Shown in pieces: positions 62,418 through 64,000 of a stretch of 64,000 nt of DNA; within the stretch, counting starts at the first letter, position 1, and the number at the start of each line of letters is the position of its first letter. The stretch is from Acidobacteriota bacterium (GTDB lineage: Bacteria; Acidobacteriota; UBA890; WLXD01): positions 15,406 through 79,405 of the forward strand of contig CAXWPH010000013.1 in assembly GCA_963666055.2 (NCBI GenBank), in the 5' to 3' direction. Made by a program: the position numbers and the translations under genes. The notes beneath the pieces were generated by a model. It saw only the letters and a program-made list of their open reading frames with translations, was not told where the DNA came from and ran no database searches.

Positions 62418-63188
62418 AGGCTCTTCCTCCACTCGATCTGCACGCCCATGTCGACACAGGAATCGAAGCCGCCGAGCTGACTGCGCTGCGGGCCATCGTG
62501 TTCGCGGTCACTCGCTCACTGGACGAAGCGGAGCAGGCTCTCAAACGGTCGGACAGGACTACGATCTGGGGGGTCGGATGTCATCCAGGCCTCGTCGGAG
62601 TTCAAAAGGCCTTCGATCCGAAACGTTTTCAGGCGCTTGCCGAGGTGACCTCCCTACGTGGGCGAGATCGGGCTTGATGGTGCGTCAAGAGCTCCGATGG
62701 ATATGCAACGACAGACGCTCGCCAGTGCACTCGGTGTGCTGCAGCAGAGGCCACGGATCACATCCCTTCACAGCTACAAGGCCACGAGTGAGATCCTGAG
62801 CCTGATAGCCGAGTTACCACAGCCCGGCCTGATCCTCCACTGGTGGCTGGGTACCGAGAGCGAGACGTATCGTGCCGTTGAGCTTGGCTGCTACTTCTCA
62901 GTTAATCGTTCATCGGCTCGCAGGAGAGATCTTCTCGCACTAATACCGCTTGATCGTGTGCTACCGGAAACGGATCATCCGTTTGGGAACAAGTGCCGGG
63001 GGCTTCAGCGGCCGGGCGAAGTTGGGCACGTTGAGGCGGCACTTGCAGAAGCCCACGGTCTTAGTCGGGCGGAGATTCGCAGGCGAACTTGGCGGACTCT
63101 TGCATCAATCGCTCGAGAGACCCGAACCGGTCGACTGCTCCCCGGGCGGATCAGGCGTCAGTTTGCGGTGGTGCAGGCGGAGTGTTGA
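62414..63188 (+). CDS. qatD: TatD-family nuclease QatD, frameshift ~62650
   Basis: DLHAH, GCHP, GEIGLD, SLHS, LHWW, ETDHP. Confidence 0.85.
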
Positions 63189-64000
63189 CCTGCCCCAAGT
63201 GTTTGGGCCACTTCGTAACTCATAGAATTGGTGCTGGCAAGAGGTTGCAGGCGGCCGATACCCCAACGAGCTATGTGGCCGCACCTGGTTGTATTCGCGT
63301 CGCCAGCCTTGCACCAAGCTCTGCAGCCTCCTTCAGCGTGTAGAAGATCTCCCCATTCAACAGCTCGTCTCTTAGCTTGCCGTTGAAACTCTCCACATAG
63401 CCGTTTTCCCACGGCGAGCCGGGCTCGATGAACAACGTCTTCACACCGACCCGCTCGAGCCAGCCACGCACTACCCGAGAAGTGAACTCCGGTCCGTTGT
63501 CGGAGCGGATGTGGTCGGGAACACCACGGTTCACGAACAGCTCAGCGAGTCGCTCCAACACGTTCTCGGAGTTGAGCCTGCGCGCCACATCGATCGCCAA
63601 GCACTCCCTGGTGTACTCATCCACGATCGTCAGCAGACGAACCGCTCGCCCGTCGTGAGTTCGTTCGTGCACGAAGTCATAGGCCCACACGTGATCTTTC
63701 CTTTCCGGCCTCAGCCGCACGCCGATCCATCGTTGAGCCACAAGCGTCCGCGCTTGGGCTGCTTTTTCGGTACCTTCAGTCCTTCACGACGCCATAACCG
63801 TTCGATCCTCTTGTGGTTCACCCGCCACCCTTCGCGTTCCATCAGAGCCGTGATCCGACGGTACCCGTAGCGTCCGTACTGCGTCGCCAGTTCGGTCATT
63901 CGCTTCACCAGCGGTGTCTCGTCTCCAGGCGCCTTGGGCCGATATTGCTGCCTCGAGCGCACCTGGCCCAGCACTCGGCAGGCTCGCCTCTCCGACACCC
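63186..64000 (-). mobile_element. IS3-family insertion sequence (orfB, frameshifted; continues beyond the window)
   Basis: YGYRRI, WAYDF, DEYTRE, SDNGPEF, NGYVESFNG, RPHSSLGY; terminal TGACCTGCCCC at 63186. Confidence 0.93.

Overview
GC-rich bacterial accessory region; the gene content is reminiscent of marine Acidobacteriota (inference only). It carries many single-base indels, which could be assembly errors or decay. 1-4.7 kb holds ordinary metabolic genes (CaiD-like crotonase, IorAB-like Mo-hydroxylase, Pcm). 6-42.2 kb is a mosaic built around a paralogous family of Ser/Thr kinase-TM-PD40/TolB beta-propeller genes: two tandem pairs plus about a dozen short 5' or 3' end fragments. Several times these fragments bracket unrelated cargo genes like a hollowed-out kinase 'shell'. 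Three related phage-satellite/prophage-remnant elements lie at about 12.9-19.1, 42.5-50.6 and 50.8-57 kb, each encoding a DnaB-N-domain replication protein. The last two converge on a tRNA-Sec gene from both sides, and the third encodes a PLD-nuclease/Nu1-like terminase small subunit fusion. The window ends in a defence hotspot (GIY-YIG, HigBA and DUF262 remnants, then a QatABCD system) and an IS3 element. The most striking candidate for an undescribed system is the kinase-end-flanked cargo cassette architecture.
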